Below are positions 1 through 12,722 of a stretch of DNA of 64,000 nt, in pieces. The notes under the pieces were generated by a model, which saw nothing but the letters and a program-made list of their open reading frames with translations, had not been told where the DNA came from and did not search any database. Positions within the stretch are counted from its first letter, which is position 1, and every line of letters begins with the position of its first letter. The translations under genes and the position numbers were made by a program. Origin of the DNA: Laetmonice hystrix (Eukaryota); the NCBI GenBank assembly GCA_965235115.1, contig OZ249439.1, positions 2,170,001 through 2,234,000 on the forward strand. Reading direction: 5' to 3'.

Positions 1-412
1 TGGGTATAGACGAGCCTCAGTTACCGTCATCATTACTGTCCTAATACTGTACACAAAACGTCGGGGGGAGGTCGGTGTCCCAGTGGGTATAGACGAGCCT
101 CAGTTACCGTCATCATTACTGTCCTAATACTGTACACAAAACGTCCGGGGGAGGTCGGTGTCCCAGTGGGTATAGAGGAGCCTCAGTTACCGTCATCATT
201 ACTGTCCTGGTACTGTACACAAAACGTCCGGGGGAGGTCGGTGTCCCAGTAGGTATAGACGAGCCTCAGTGACCGTCATCATTACTGTCCTAATACTGTA
301 CACAAAACGTCGGGGGGAGGTCGGTGTCCCAGTGGGTATAGACGAGCCTCAGTTACCGTCATCATTACTGTCCTAATACTGTACACAAAACGTCCGGGAG
401 AGGTCGGTGTTC
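1..412. repeat. 83-bp minisatellite, ~5 copies, truncated by window start
   Basis: Unit TGGGTATAGACGAGCCTCAGTTACCGTCATC...GGTCGGTGTCCCAG recurs at 1, 84, 167, 250 and 333. Confidence 0.97.
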
Positions 413-959
413 CAGGCGGAGGCGCTGGCCGTGTTAACTTTTGATCGGTGAGTGGAGTTCTGCTGTACCCCACAAAATAAAAGAAAAACAAAACAAAAAG
501 GAACTTGTTGCCGTCCTGAAGATGTCCAACAGTTTCCACCAGTTGTCAACCCACCGACCGACAACCACATACAGGGAGATTAACAAAGGACCCGCACATT
601 CTAACATACTGCAAGTGATGCAAGTTATGATTTCCAGCTATAAATCGGCTGTCTGAACTTCAAGAATATGCAGAGATACATGTATTTGACAGGACTGCTC
701 CTCCCATCCTAACCCGCGTAGCGTGGCGGCCTTTCTACGCCAAAGTCGCTGAGCTTATAGGCCTGGCGTATCAGTGGCGGCCATTACAAAGCTCTCGTGA
801 ACAATTCATGACATGTTGAGTGTACATAATTGGATATATCGTAGCTGTGAGTGGTCTGCCAACTCGGTGTGAAATCAGGACCTATAGCTGGGATTGGGGA
901 GAGAGTCGTAACAGTTATATAACACAAATCTACCTGCTCGTTAACTGCTGGCATCGTAC

Positions 960-1175
960 TACAGCTGACTATTGTTGCTGCCTTTGCTTTTGCAGCTGCC
1001 TATTGCTGCTGCTGTTGCATTTGCAGCTGGCTTTTGCTGCTGCCGTTGCTGGTGTTGCTGTTGCAGATGGCTATTGCTGCTGGAGTTGGTTGCTGCTGGT
1101 ACTTGTTGCTGCTGGTGTTGCTACTGTTGCTGTTGCACCTGGCTATTGCTGCTGCTGTTGGCTGCTGCTGGTACT
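960..1175. repeat. Degenerate (GCT/GTT)n low-complexity tract
   Basis: Runs of TTGCTG/CTGTTG; accounts for the poly-Leu, poly-Cys and poly-Ala ORFs at 820-1311 and 972-1208. Confidence 0.85.
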
Positions 1176-1339
1176 GATTTCACTATCGGAAAAACTGGTT
1201 TCGTGTAGGGTCGGCACAAATGTAGAGCTGAGAGTGACTACAAATCAACTACTCGTCGCTGCCTTACAAATCGGGCGGTCATTGCCTGAAACATTGTGCA
1301 GGAAACTGTAAATAGCTATCATTAGCGAGGAATCTTGAA

Positions 1340-1770
1340 GCATTGGTTTCAAACTAAGGGGGTTATGCTTGGATCCTTGGTTTCAGACTCATACTTGGAT
1401 CAATGGATGCACACTCAGAGGGAGGGGTATAGTTTCAGACTCAGAGAGTGGGGTATACTTGGATCCTTGGTTTCAGACTCGGAGGGAGGGGTATACTTGG
1501 ATCCTGGGTTTCAGACTCAGAGAGTGGGGTATACTTGGATCCTGGGTTTCAGACTCAGAGAGTGGGGTATACTTGGAGCAGTGGGTTCACACTCAGAGAG
1601 TGGGGTATACTTGGACCAGTGGTTTCACACTCAGAGAGAGGGGTATACTTGGAGCAGTGCTTTTAGACTCAGAGAGAGAGAGAGAGGGTTATACTTGGAT
1701 CAGTGGTTTCACACTCAGAGAGAGAGGTATACTTGGAGCAGTGGTTTTAGATTCAGAGAGAGGGTTATAC
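1340..1770. repeat. 38-bp minisatellite, ~10 copies
   Basis: Unit GGGGTATACTTGGATCCTGGGTTTCAGACTCAGAGAGT; GTATACTT occurs at 1453 and 1491 (period 38). Confidence 0.95.
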
Positions 1771-2137
1771 GAGGCTTGCTGTTGATCTCAACAAGCCAGC
1801 CCCGTAGACAAACACAGTGCTACTCGCTTTACGTACAGAGTAACACCACTTCAACGATTCCTGTAGTTCTACGAGACATACAAGGTGTTTAAATCAAAGC
1901 ACCAGGAGAAGAGTTTGGTTAACAACTGGAGCTGTGTTATCCGTTAAACTCCTCTAGCAAAGTGACTGCCTACAGCGCAGTCGTGAGCCCCGGGGGACGG
2001 GAGGGGGCCCGACGTGTACCGATCGGTTTATGTGATGGGTTACGCCCAGTCGGTATACGGTACAGGCTTCCCACGGCATGGCGCCAGTTTCTCTCCACTG
2101 CTGTTATCATACGATGCGGTAATACTTTAAAGATATA

Positions 2138-2273
2138 GGCCCAGTTCCTGAAAGCTTAAGATCTTAGTTAAGTTTAGGCTTAACGCTTCTGACTGGCTGG
2201 TCTGCTTAGACCCACCAATCAGAAGCGTTAAGCCTAAACTTAAGTAAGATCTTAAGCTTTTAGGAACCGGGCC
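2138..2273. mobile_element. PIF/Harbinger-like foldback MITE, 136 bp
   Basis: 59-bp inverted arms with 4 mismatches (GGCCCAGTTCCTGAAAGCTTAAG... / ...CTTAAGCTTTTAGGAACCGGGCC). Right flank CTG, left flank ATA, so no clean TSD. Same termini as the element at 4028. Superfamily is inferred from the termini. Confidence 0.8.
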
Positions 2274-2681
2274 CTGGTGCTGCTTCACCGGGAACCGAAT
2301 AGTCGTAGGCCTATTACAGCAGGGCCATAACTGGCGAGGCAACAGGGACACCAGATTCCCTGAGTAATTCTGACAAGCATGTGACAAGCAAACTGATAAC
2401 AATGTGGTTTTAATGGTAGGTGCTCTCAGAATTTCAGACCACCCGTATAAATTGTGGGTTGCCGACGGCCCTGTATTTGCTTGATTATATAGACAACAGT
2501 GTTTTCATCTAATTACTAACTGCCATGCGGGTATCTGCCCCGTTCACCTGACCATGTGTCTTTGTATTACGGCATCAGAATGGTCTGGTATTGGGTTTCA
2601 ATAATTATTCTGTGTTTAAATGATCTATTGGCGAGGTGGACTCAGGTCAAAGTTCTGAACCAAGAGTGATACCCGTATTTC

Positions 2682-3420
2682 AAGCTGGGTTACCTGTAGG
2701 TTGATCACCCTACCTGAGCTGGGTTAGGTTAATCACCCTACCTGAGCTGGGTTAGGTTGATCACCTTACCTGAGCTGGGTTACCTGTAGGTTGATCACCC
2801 TACCTAAGCTGAGTTACCTGTAGGTTGATCACCCTACCTGAGCTGGGTTAGGTTGATCACCTTACCTGAGCTGGGTTACCTGTTGGTTGATCACCTTACC
2901 TGAGCTGGGTTACCTGTAGGTTGATCACCCTACCTGAGCTGAGTTACCTGTAGGTTGATCACCCTACCTGAGCTGGGTTACCTGTAGGTTGATCACCCTA
3001 CCTGAGCTGGGTTACCTGTTGGTTGATCACCCTACCTGAGCTGGGTTACCTGTAGGTTGATCACCCTACCTGAGCTGGGTTAGGTTGACCACCCTACCTG
3101 AGCTGGGTTACCTGTAGGTTGATCACCCTACCTGAGCTGGGTTACCTGTTGGTTGATCACCCTACCTGAGCTGGGTTACCTGTTGGTTGATCACCCTACC
3201 TGAGCTGGGTTACCTGTAGGTTGATCACCCTACCTGAGCTGGGTTACCTGTAGGTTGATCACCCTACCTGAGCTGGGTTACCTGTTGGTTGATCACCCTA
3301 CCTGAGCTGGGTTACCTGTAGGTTGATCACCCTACCTGAGCTGGGTTACCTGTAGGTTGATCACCCTACCTGAGCTGGGTTAGGTTGACCACCCCACCTG
3401 AGCTGAGTTACCTGTAGGTA
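2682..3420. repeat. 34-bp minisatellite with 28-bp deletion variants, ~22 copies
   Basis: Unit GAGCTGGGTTACCTGTAGGTTGATCACCCTACCT. Confidence 0.97.
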
Positions 3421-3586
3421 CCTTACAGGTAACGTGTATGCCTCATTGATACATACATTAATATTTTGTGCATGGTTGACCTGGAATTATTACTTTGATC
3501 TTTCCTACTGGTTCCAAGATGCAAGGCGTGGGAGTCCTAATCTCGCATTGATTAAGGTGTTCCTGCTGTCGGTGTGATCCGTACAA

Positions 3587-4335
3587 GTCTGATCTTGAGT
3601 CTAATCTTGAGTCTGATCTTGAGTCTGATCTTGAGTCTGATCTTGAGTCTGATCTTGAGTCTGATCTTGAGTCTGATCTTGAGTCTGATCGGAAGTCTGA
3701 TCTGTAGTCTGATCTGGAGACTGATCTGTAGTCTGATCTTGAGTCTAATCTTGAGTCTAATCTTGAGTCTGATCTTGAGTCTGATCTTGAGTCTGATTTT
3801 GAGTCTGATCTGAAGTCTGATCTTGAGTCTGATTTTGCTCTGATCTGAAGTCTGATCTTGAGTCTGATCTGAAGTCTGATCTGAAGTCTGATCTGAAGTC
3901 TGATCTGAAGTCTGATCTGGAGTCTGATCTGGAGTCTGATCTGAAGTCTGATCTGAAGTCTGATCTGAAGTCTGATCTGAAGTCTGATCTGAAGTCTGAT
4001 CTGAAGTCTGATCTGGAGTCTGATCTGGGCCCGGTTCCCAAACAAAGTCAAGTCAATTTTAATTGACTTGAAGTCAATTTTACTTGAATCTGATTGGTTA
4101 AACTGGATTTCAAGTTAATTAAAATTGACTTGGCTTTGTTTGTTAACCGGGCCCTGGAGTCTGATCTGGAGTCTGATCTGGAGTCCGATCTGGAGTCCGA
4201 TCTGAAGACTGATCTTAAGTCTGATCTGAAGTCCGATCTGGAGACTGAACTGGAGTCTGATCTTGAGACTGATCTGGAGACTGATATGGAGACTGATCTG
4301 GAGACTGATCTGGAGTCTGATCTCGAGTCTGATAT
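3587..4335. repeat. 12-bp satellite built from 6-bp subunits, interrupted by a MITE
   Basis: GAGTCTGATCTT / GAAGTCTGATCT / GAGACTGATCTG units; produces the SDSR, QIRL and LILS ORFs. Confidence 0.97.
4028..4153. mobile_element. PIF/Harbinger-like MITE, 126 bp, CTG TSD
   Basis: GGCCCGGTT...AACCGGGCC with ~47-bp imperfect arms. CTG is duplicated at 4025-4027 and 4154-4156; removing the element restores the satellite unit GATCTGGAGTCT. Confidence 0.9.
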
Positions 4336-4459
4336 TGAGACTGTAGACATGTATACCGGCCACACCTGGTGATATAGGTGACGTCTTGCTCTGACCACGC
4401 CCTACACCAACACAGCACGAGGAGATAGTCCGACCAGGACGGCTCCGCCTCGCCCCGTT

Positions 4460-4665
4460 ATGAGAGCCCCGGTCTCTGGACTATGGGCGCCACGGTCTCT
4501 GGACTATGAGAGCCCCGGTCTCTCGACCATGACAGCCCCGGTCTCTTGCCATGAGCACCCCGGTCTCTCGACCATGAGAGCCCCGGTCTCTGGCCTATGA
4601 GAGCCCCGGTATCTGGACTATGAGCAAACCGGTCTCTGGCAATGAGCGCCCCGGTCTCTGGCCCA
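4460..4665. repeat. 23-bp minisatellite, ~9 copies
   Basis: Unit ATGAGAGCCCCGGTCTCTGGACT. Confidence 0.93.
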
Positions 4666-4939
4666 TGATGGTGTATGGACCATTCTATTCACTAGTATAG
4701 GATCGGAAATCATTGTTCGGAAATATAGGTATACACGTAGCGTTTGATATATGACCCCTACAAACGCTGGCCTGCTTTGTTCAATACTATGTAATATGAC
4801 TCCACAAAACACTGCTCCGTCTTTGAGACAGATCATATATTAGGGTGTGTCAAATATGAACATAGCCGAACAAACAAACAAACCTTCTGTGATATTTATT
4901 AATTACCTTCACTTTGCCAGAAAAGAGCCACAACCTTAA

Positions 4940-5524
4940 AGCGCTTGTGCAAAGTCTCCACTGTATAGGCTGGTTTATTTACCTTTTCCAACGTAATAAT
5001 ATCCTTTAGTAATTGATGTAATCAGCAGCACGTAATTCTCATAATTAATGAAAAAACGAATATTAGCTGCAACACCTTGCGATTGCTACCGGAAGTAGCC
5101 TCTGAATGACCCGTGACGTCATAGTCAGAACACTTCCTAGGGGGACGTAGGCGTAGCAATGGTGGAAGGCACGGGAAGCAAGAACTTGAAGAAATCCGAT
5201 TCTGACACAGAATGGCTTTTTCCAGAAAAAGATAAGGGGGATGCCGTGGAAGATTCTGTTCTAGGCCCATATTATATTATATAATTTATATGCATAAGCC
5301 GCTAGCATCAGACAGTGAGGCAGTGACAGTGAGTGACGACGAGGGAGGCTGGGCAGGCTTCAATGCAATCGCAAGGTGTTGCAGCTAATATTCGTTTTTT
5401 CATTAATTATGAGAATTACGTGCTGCTGATTACATCAATTACTAAAGGATATTATTATGATGATGGTTTACGTTGGAAAAGGTAAATAAACCAGCCTATA
5501 CAGTGGAGACTTTGCACAAGCGCT
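4940..5524. mobile_element. Kolobok-like non-autonomous DNA transposon, 585 bp, TTAA TSD
   Basis: TTAA|AGCGCTTGTGC...GCACAAGCGCT|TTAA. Arms are 4940-5086 and 5365-5524, identical apart from a 13-bp insertion (ATGATGATGGTTT) in the right arm. TTAA target plus purine-purine termini fit Kolobok rather than piggyBac. Confidence 0.85.
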
Positions 5525-5604
5525 TTAAGTCTATAGCTCAACAAAAACATTTTGGAATTCATTGTCCGTCAAAATGTTTAGAAGAAGCAAAGTGTTAAAA
5601 ACTT

Positions 5605-6040
5605 TCCCTCTATCCACAAACGGCAGCCGTCTGACAACATGACGTTTTCCTTCCATCCACAAACGGCAGCCTTCTGACAACATGACGTTTTCCTTCCATC
5701 CACAAACTGCAGCCGTCTAACAACATGACGTTTTCCCTCTATCCACAAACGGCAGCCGTCTAACAACATGACGTTTTCCCTCCATCCACAAACGGCAGCC
5801 GTCTAACAACATGACGTTTTCCCTCCATCCACAAACGGTAGCCGTCTGACAACATGACGTTTTCCCTCCATCCACAAATTGAGGCCGTCTGACAACATGA
5901 CGTTTTCCCTCCATCCACAAACGGCAACCGTCTGACAACATGACGTTTTCCCTCCATCCACAAACGGCAACCGTCTGACAACATGACGTTTTCCCTCCAT
6001 CCACAAACGGCAGCCGTCTGACAACATGACGTTTTCCCTC
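5605..6040. repeat. 43-bp minisatellite, ~10 copies
   Basis: Unit TCCATCCACAAACGGCAGCCGTCTGACAACATGACGTTTTCCC. Confidence 0.97.
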
Positions 6041-6364
6041 ATGCATTATGCAGAATCAATACAAACACAACAGGACACGGACTAGCTAACAAGTTAATGC
6101 ATTTCGAAAGAAGAGCTCCTTATGATATGTTTACTATGTATTTCACCTGTGAAGTGAAATGACGCCGCCACTCCCATGCCTGCTTACATCATGACGCCGC
6201 CCTCCACTCCTCTTACTTACATCATATGTACAATATACAAGCGGAACACAAATCTGGGTGACATATGCCTTTGTTCGAGAATATTCGCCCCCTGGCGGCC
6301 ATGACTGTTGATTTAACAATACGTTTGCTGTGTCGTGTCTAATCTATCACTGTCGATCACGTCA

Positions 6365-7787
6365 GATCTTAGCTTATAGCGTCAGTAATAGGGATCGGTT
6401 GTATACACTGAGGTCTCCATAGAGGGATGGTATATGGCCCATACAATCTTAGCTTATAGCGTCAGTAATAGGGATCGTTTGTATACACTGAGGTCTCCAT
6501 AGAAGGATGGTGTATGGCCCATACAATCTTAGCTTATAGCGTCAGTAATAGGGATCGTTTAGTATACACTGAGGTCTCCATAGAGGGATGGTGTGTGGCC
6601 CATACAATCTTAGCTTATAGCGTCAGTAATATGGATCGTTTGTATACACTGAGGTCTCCATAGAAGGATGGTGTATGGCCCATACAATCTTAGCTTATAG
6701 CGTCAGTAATAGGGATCGTTTGTATACACTGAGGTCTCCATAGAAGGATGGTGTATGGCCCATACAATCTTAGCTTATAGCGTCAGTAATAGGGATCGTT
6801 TAGTATACACTGTGGTCTCCATAGAAGGATGGTGTATGGCCCATACAATCTTAGCTTATAGCGTCAGTAATATGGATCGTTTAGTATACACTGAGGACTC
6901 CACAGAGGGATGGTGTATGGCCCATACAATCTTAGCTTATAGCGTCAGTAATAGGGATCGTTTGTATACACTGAGGTCTCCACAGAAGGATGGTGTATGG
7001 CCCATACAATCTTAGCTTATAGCGTCAGTAATAGGGATCGTTTGTATACACTGAGGTCTCCACAGAAGGATGGTGTATGGCCCATACAATCTTAGCTTAT
7101 AGCGTCAGTAATATGGATCGTTTGTATACACTGAGGTCTCCATAGAAGGATGGTGTATGACCCATACAATCTTAGCTTATAGCGTCAGTAATAGGGATCG
7201 TTTGTATACACTGAGGTCTCCATAGAGGGATGGTGTATGGCCCATACAATCTTAGCTTATAGCGTCAGTAATATGGATCGTTTGTATACACTGAGGTCTC
7301 CATAGAAGGATGGTGTGTGGCCCACACAATCTTAGCTTATAGCGTCAGTAATATGGATCGTTTAGTATACACTGAGGTCTCCATAGAGGGATGGTGTGTG
7401 GCCCATACAATCTTAGCTTATAGCGTCAGTAATAGGGATCGTTTAGTATACACTGAGGTCTCCATAGAGGGATGGTGTATGACCCATACAATCTTAGCTT
7501 ATAGCGTCAGTAATAGGGATCGTTTGTATACACTGAGGTCTCCATAGAAGGATGGTGTATGGCCCATACAATCTTAGCTTATAGCGTCAGTAATAGGGAT
7601 CGTTTGTATACACTGAGGTCTCCATAGAAGGATGGTGTATGGCCCATACAATCTTAGCTTATAGCGTCAGTAATAGGGATCGTTTGTATACACTCAGGTC
7701 TCCATAGAAGGATGGTGTATGGCCCATACAATCTTAGCTTATAGCGTCAGTAATATGGATCGTTTGTATACACTGAGGTCTCCATAG
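6365..7787. repeat. 80/81-bp minisatellite, ~17 copies
   Basis: Unit AATCTTAGCTTATAGCGTCAGTAATAGGGATCGTTTGTATACACTGAGGTCTCCATAGAAGGATGGTGTATGGCCCATAC. Confidence 0.98.
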
Positions 7788-8204
7788 ATATTCAACTGAC
7801 ATCAACATGTCATTATCCTAATCTTATGAGGTAATTCTTCTAATATATTTCAGCTAATATCAGCTTCGCTACAGTTCTTGACGTCGGTATGATCAACATG
7901 ACACGCATACCGACTTTATGAACTGGGAAAACGGGTAGATCGCATTGGTAGGGGGGGACTCCCCCCATTATTCAGCTACTCCCCCAAAACAATTTCCAGG
8001 GGGAAATATTTTGCATTCCCCCCCCCCCCCCAAACTCGCACCATTCCCCCAAAAGTCGAAAATCTCCAGGAAACCCTGCGTACTACGAAATGTTGATCAG
8101 AACAAAACATTTGTTACTATTCCCTAGCCAGACATAGCCCTATACCCCCATCTTCTGTTTCCGTACCTATCCCAGCGCAACAAATAATTTGACATTGTCT
8201 CGCC

Positions 8205-8703
8205 ACTTAACTTATGGTGGAGTCACTTAACTTATGGTGGAGTCATTTAACTTATGGTGGAGTCATTTAACTTATGGTGGAGTCATTTAACTTATAGTGG
8301 AGTCTTAACTTATGGTGGAGTCACTTAACTTATGGTGGAGTCATTTAACTTATGGTGGAGTCACTTAACTTATGGTGGAGTCATTTAACTTATGGTGGAG
8401 TCATTTAACTTATGGTGGAGTCATTTAACTTATGGTGGAGTCATTTAATTTATGGTGGAGTCACTTAATGTATGGTGGAGTCACTTAACTTATGGTGGAG
8501 TCACTTAACTTATGGTGGAGTCACTTAACTTATGGTGGAGTCATTTAACTTATGGTGGATTCATTTAACTTATGGTGGAGTCATTTAACTTATGGTGGAG
8601 TCATTTAACTTATGGTGGAGTCATTTAACTTATGGTGGAGTCATTTAACTTATGGTGGAGTCATTTAACTTATGGTGGAGTCATTTAACTTATGGTGGAG
8701 TCA
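8205..8703. repeat. 20-bp minisatellite, ~25 copies
   Basis: Unit TCATTTAACTTATGGTGGAG. Confidence 0.98.
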
Positions 8704-9254
8704 AACAGATCGATAAGGTGAAGGTAAAGCTTGGAGTAAAGTATACCGCTGAACAGCAGAACAACAGAAGTAGTGTGGATAAACCACATTACTGTTCGGA
8801 GGGTAGGTGTGAAATATTAATCTTTCCTGGCCTTTGAATCTCGGCCAGCGACCAGATGTAACGGTGGTTTCTTGATCACAGACAAGGAGACTCATTATCA
8901 CAACATCAGATCACGTTAATGGCAGAATTCAATAAAGGAAGACTATCTTCAGAGACCCTCGGATTCAGGCACACTATATGTTGTCAACATTAACACGCAA
9001 GTACCTCATAACATACCGTACGACCCAACAAAGAGACGAGATTGCGAACACATGATTTAGTGGGTCCTTGGGATGATTTCGTGCGCCGCCTGTTGTCTGC
9101 AGGCATAAATAGACAATTATGGAATGTTATACCCATAAACTATTACAGGTCTCAGTGTACCAAATCATAACCCGAGATCAACCAGGCTACCTGACTGCAG
9201 ACCAAGCACACCTTATTCACTCTACATGTCTATATAATACATTATTTCATGTCC

Positions 9255-9670
9255 GCATTCTCCCTCTGCTAAAGCCGGCACTCGGCATTCTGTCTCTGCT
9301 AAACCCGACACTCCGCACTCTGTCTCTGCTGAACCCGACACTCCGCATTCTGTCTCTGCTAAACCCGACACTCCGCACTCTGTCTCTGCTAAACCCGACA
9401 CTCCGCACTCTGTCTCTGCTAAACCCGACACTCCGCACTCTGTCTCTGCTAAACCCGACACGTCGCATTCTGTCTCTGCGGAACCCGACACTCCACATTC
9501 TGTCTATGCTAAACCCAACACTCCACATTCTGCCTCTGCTAAACCCGACACTCCGCACTCTGTCTCGGCTGAACCCGACACTTCGCATTCTGCCTCTGCT
9601 AAACCCGACACTCCGCATTCTGTCTCTGCTAAACCCGACACTCCACATTCTGCCTCTGCTGAACCCGACG
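9255..9670. repeat. 30-bp minisatellite, ~14 copies
   Basis: Unit TGTCTCTGCTAAACCCGACACTCCGCATTC. Confidence 0.97.
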
Positions 9671-10079
9671 CCCCCCATTCCGCGCTCCGAATCCAGGCGG
9701 ATGTGGAGTACGTTTACGATTTGACTGTCGCGCCATCTGGAGTGTTCTCATCAAACAATGCTCTCTCCATTGCTTGGTTTATACACCAAACCTTGTATTT
9801 GTTGAATAAACTTTCTCCTGTGCTGGCGTAAACATTATAACGAGGAAACACAGAATGATAGAGCAGAACGAGAGCCAACTTATAGAACTGACGAAAACGG
9901 TGGACAGTTTGCGAGCAGGAGAAGAAAAAAGTACAACCGTATAATGGAAGAGTTTAGACAGAGGCCTACTTTAGGAGTGAAACTGTGGAACCATACGGAC
10001 ATGACTTAGTTATCTCCGTACACGGATTATACCAGGATGTGTAAGACTACTGATAGCAGGTATCTGAGCTACGGGAACC

Positions 10080-12282
10080 TTATACAGTTCTCAACTTCAT
10101 GATCCACATTGTTCACAACTTCATGATCCCCATACAGTTCACAACTTCATGATCCACATTGTTCACAAATTCATGATCCCCATACAGTTCACAACTTCAT
10201 GATCCACATTGTTCACAACTTCATGATCCACATTGTTTACAAATTCATGATCCACATTGTTCACAACTTTATGAATCACTTTGTTCACAGCTTCATGATC
10301 CACATTGTCCACAACTTCATGATCCACATTGTTCACAACTTCATGATCCACATTGTTCACAACTTCATGATCCACATTGTTCACAACTTCATGATCCACA
10401 TTGTCCACAACTTCATGATCCACACTGTTCACAACTTCATGATCCACATTGTTCACAACTTCATGATCCACATTGTTCACAACTTCATGATCCACATTGT
10501 TCACAACTTCATGATCCACATTGTTCACAACTTCATGATCCACATTGTTCACAACTTCATGATCCACCTTGTTCACAACTTCATGATCCACCTTGTTCAC
10601 AACTTCATGATCCACACAGTTCACAACTTTATGAATCACTTTGTTCACAACTTCATGATCCACACTGTTCACAACTTCATGATCCACACTGTTCACAACT
10701 TCATGATCCACACTGTTCACAACTTCATGATCCACATTGTTCACAACTTCATGATCCACATTGTCCACAACTTCATGATCCACATTGTTCACAAATTCAT
10801 GATCCCCATACAGTTCACAACTTCATGATCCACATTGTTCACAACTTCATGATCCACATTGTTCACAAATTCATGATCCACATTGTTCACAACTTTATGA
10901 ATCACTTTGTTCACAGCTTCATGATCCACATTGTCCACAACTTCATGATCCACATTGTTCACAACTTCATGATCCACATTGTTCACAACTTCATGATCCA
11001 CATTGTTCACAACTTCATGATCCACATTGTTCACAACTTCATGATCCACATTGTTCACAACTTCATGATCCACATTGTTCACAACTTCATGATCCACATT
11101 GTTCACAACTTCATGATCCACATTGTTCACAACTTCATGATCCACATTGTTCACAACTTCATGATCCACACAGTTCACAACTTTATGAATCACTTTGTTC
11201 ACAACTTCATGATCCACACTGTTCACAACTTCATGATCCACATTGTTCACAACTTCATGATCCACACTGTTCACAACTTCATGATCCACATTGTTCACAA
11301 CTTTATGAATCACTTTGTTCACAACTTCATGATCCACACTGTTCACAACTTCATGATCCACACTGTTTACAACTTCATAATCCACATTGTTCACAACTTC
11401 ATAATCCACATTGTTCACAACTTCATGATACAGTTCACAACTTCATGATCCACATTGTTCACAACTTCATGATCCACATTGTCCACAACTTCATGATCCA
11501 CATTGTTCACAACTTCATGATCCACATTGTTCACAACTTCATGATCCACACTGTTCACAACTTCATGATCCACATTGTTCACAACTTCATGATCCACATT
11601 GTTCACAACTTCATGATCCACACTGTTCACAACTTCATGATCCACATTGTTCACAACTTCATGATCCACATTGTTCACAACTTCATGATCCACATTGTTC
11701 ACAACTTCATGATCCACACAGTTCACAACTTTATGAATCACTTTGTTCACAACTTCATGATCCACACTGTTCACAACTTCATGATCCACACTGTTCACAA
11801 CTTCATGATCCACACTGTTCACAACTTCATGATCCACATTGTTCACAACTTTATGAATCACTTTGTTCACAACTTCATGATCCACACTGTTCACAACTTC
11901 ATGATCCACACTGTTCACAACTTTATAATCCACATTGTTCACAACTTCATGATACAGTTCACAACTTCATGATACAGTTCACAACTTCATGATCCACATT
12001 GTCCACAACTTCATGATCCACATTGTCCACAACTTCATGATCCACATTGTTCACAACTTCATGATCCACATTGTTCACAACTTCATGATCCACATTGTTC
12101 ACAACTTCATGATCCACACTGTTCACAACTTCATGATCCACATTGTTCACAACTTCATGATCCACATTGTTCACAACTTCATGATCCACATTGTTCACAA
12201 CTTCATGATCCACATTGTTCACAACTTCACGATACAGTTCACAACTTCATGATACAGTTCACAACTTCATGATCCACATTGT
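10080..12282. repeat. 24-bp satellite, ~90 copies, with higher-order structure
   Basis: Unit GTTCACAACTTCATGATCCACATT with recurring TTATGAATCACTTT, CCCCATACA and GATACA variants. Confidence 0.99.
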
Positions 12283-12569
12283 TCCCTGTCCAGACTTCTC
12301 TTGACATCACCCTCATAGAATGTCACACTACAGAATCTATACAAGTTCGCATCAAGTCCCGAGGTCATACTCTAAACACTGAGTACCGTTTGCAGAATCA
12401 GAAACCTGGCCTCCCTAGCATCTTTACTAATCAACTTCGCCGTGAAAGTCCAGGCATGGCGGTTTAGTTAGTTATCTCCGTACATGTTGGCTGGCATAGG
12501 CCAGTTGTGCCAGCGCCCGGGTGACAGCACTGACAGCAGGCGCCACCTGGTATAGAACCCAGCAACCAA

Positions 12570-12722
12570 CTTTCCCTATGTACAGTATGGCGGGCGGTGT
12601 CCCAATCTCTCGACGGTTTACGTTCCCTATTGTACAGTATGGCGAGCGGTGTCCCAACCTCTCGACGGTTTACGTTCCCTATTGTACAGTATGGCGGGCG
12701 GTGTCCCAACCTCTCGACGGTA
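12570..12722. repeat. ~52-bp tandem repeat, 3 copies
   Basis: TTCCCTATTGTACAGTATGGCGGGCGGTGTCCCAACCTCTCGACGGTTTACG. Confidence 0.93.

Noticed and set aside
715-790. YKLSDFGV, a kinase DFG-like motif on the minus strand
   Set aside because: Bounded by in-frame stops, with no HRD or other kinase subdomains.
820-1311. 163-aa hydrophobic ORF suggesting a membrane protein
   Set aside because: Hydrophobicity comes from the degenerate GCT/GTT tract, and the start is a GTG.
416-3570. Plus-strand gene built from candidate exons at 416-447, ~723, ~1867 and ~3430
   Set aside because: Splice phases could not be joined without weak donors, and equally plausible antisense frames exist. Not supportable.
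10163-12252. Paired 175-209 aa ORFs (NNVDHEVV and MIHIVHNF repeats)
   Set aside because: They are translations of a 24-bp satellite on both strands; frames break at each non-triplet variant and there is no unique domain.
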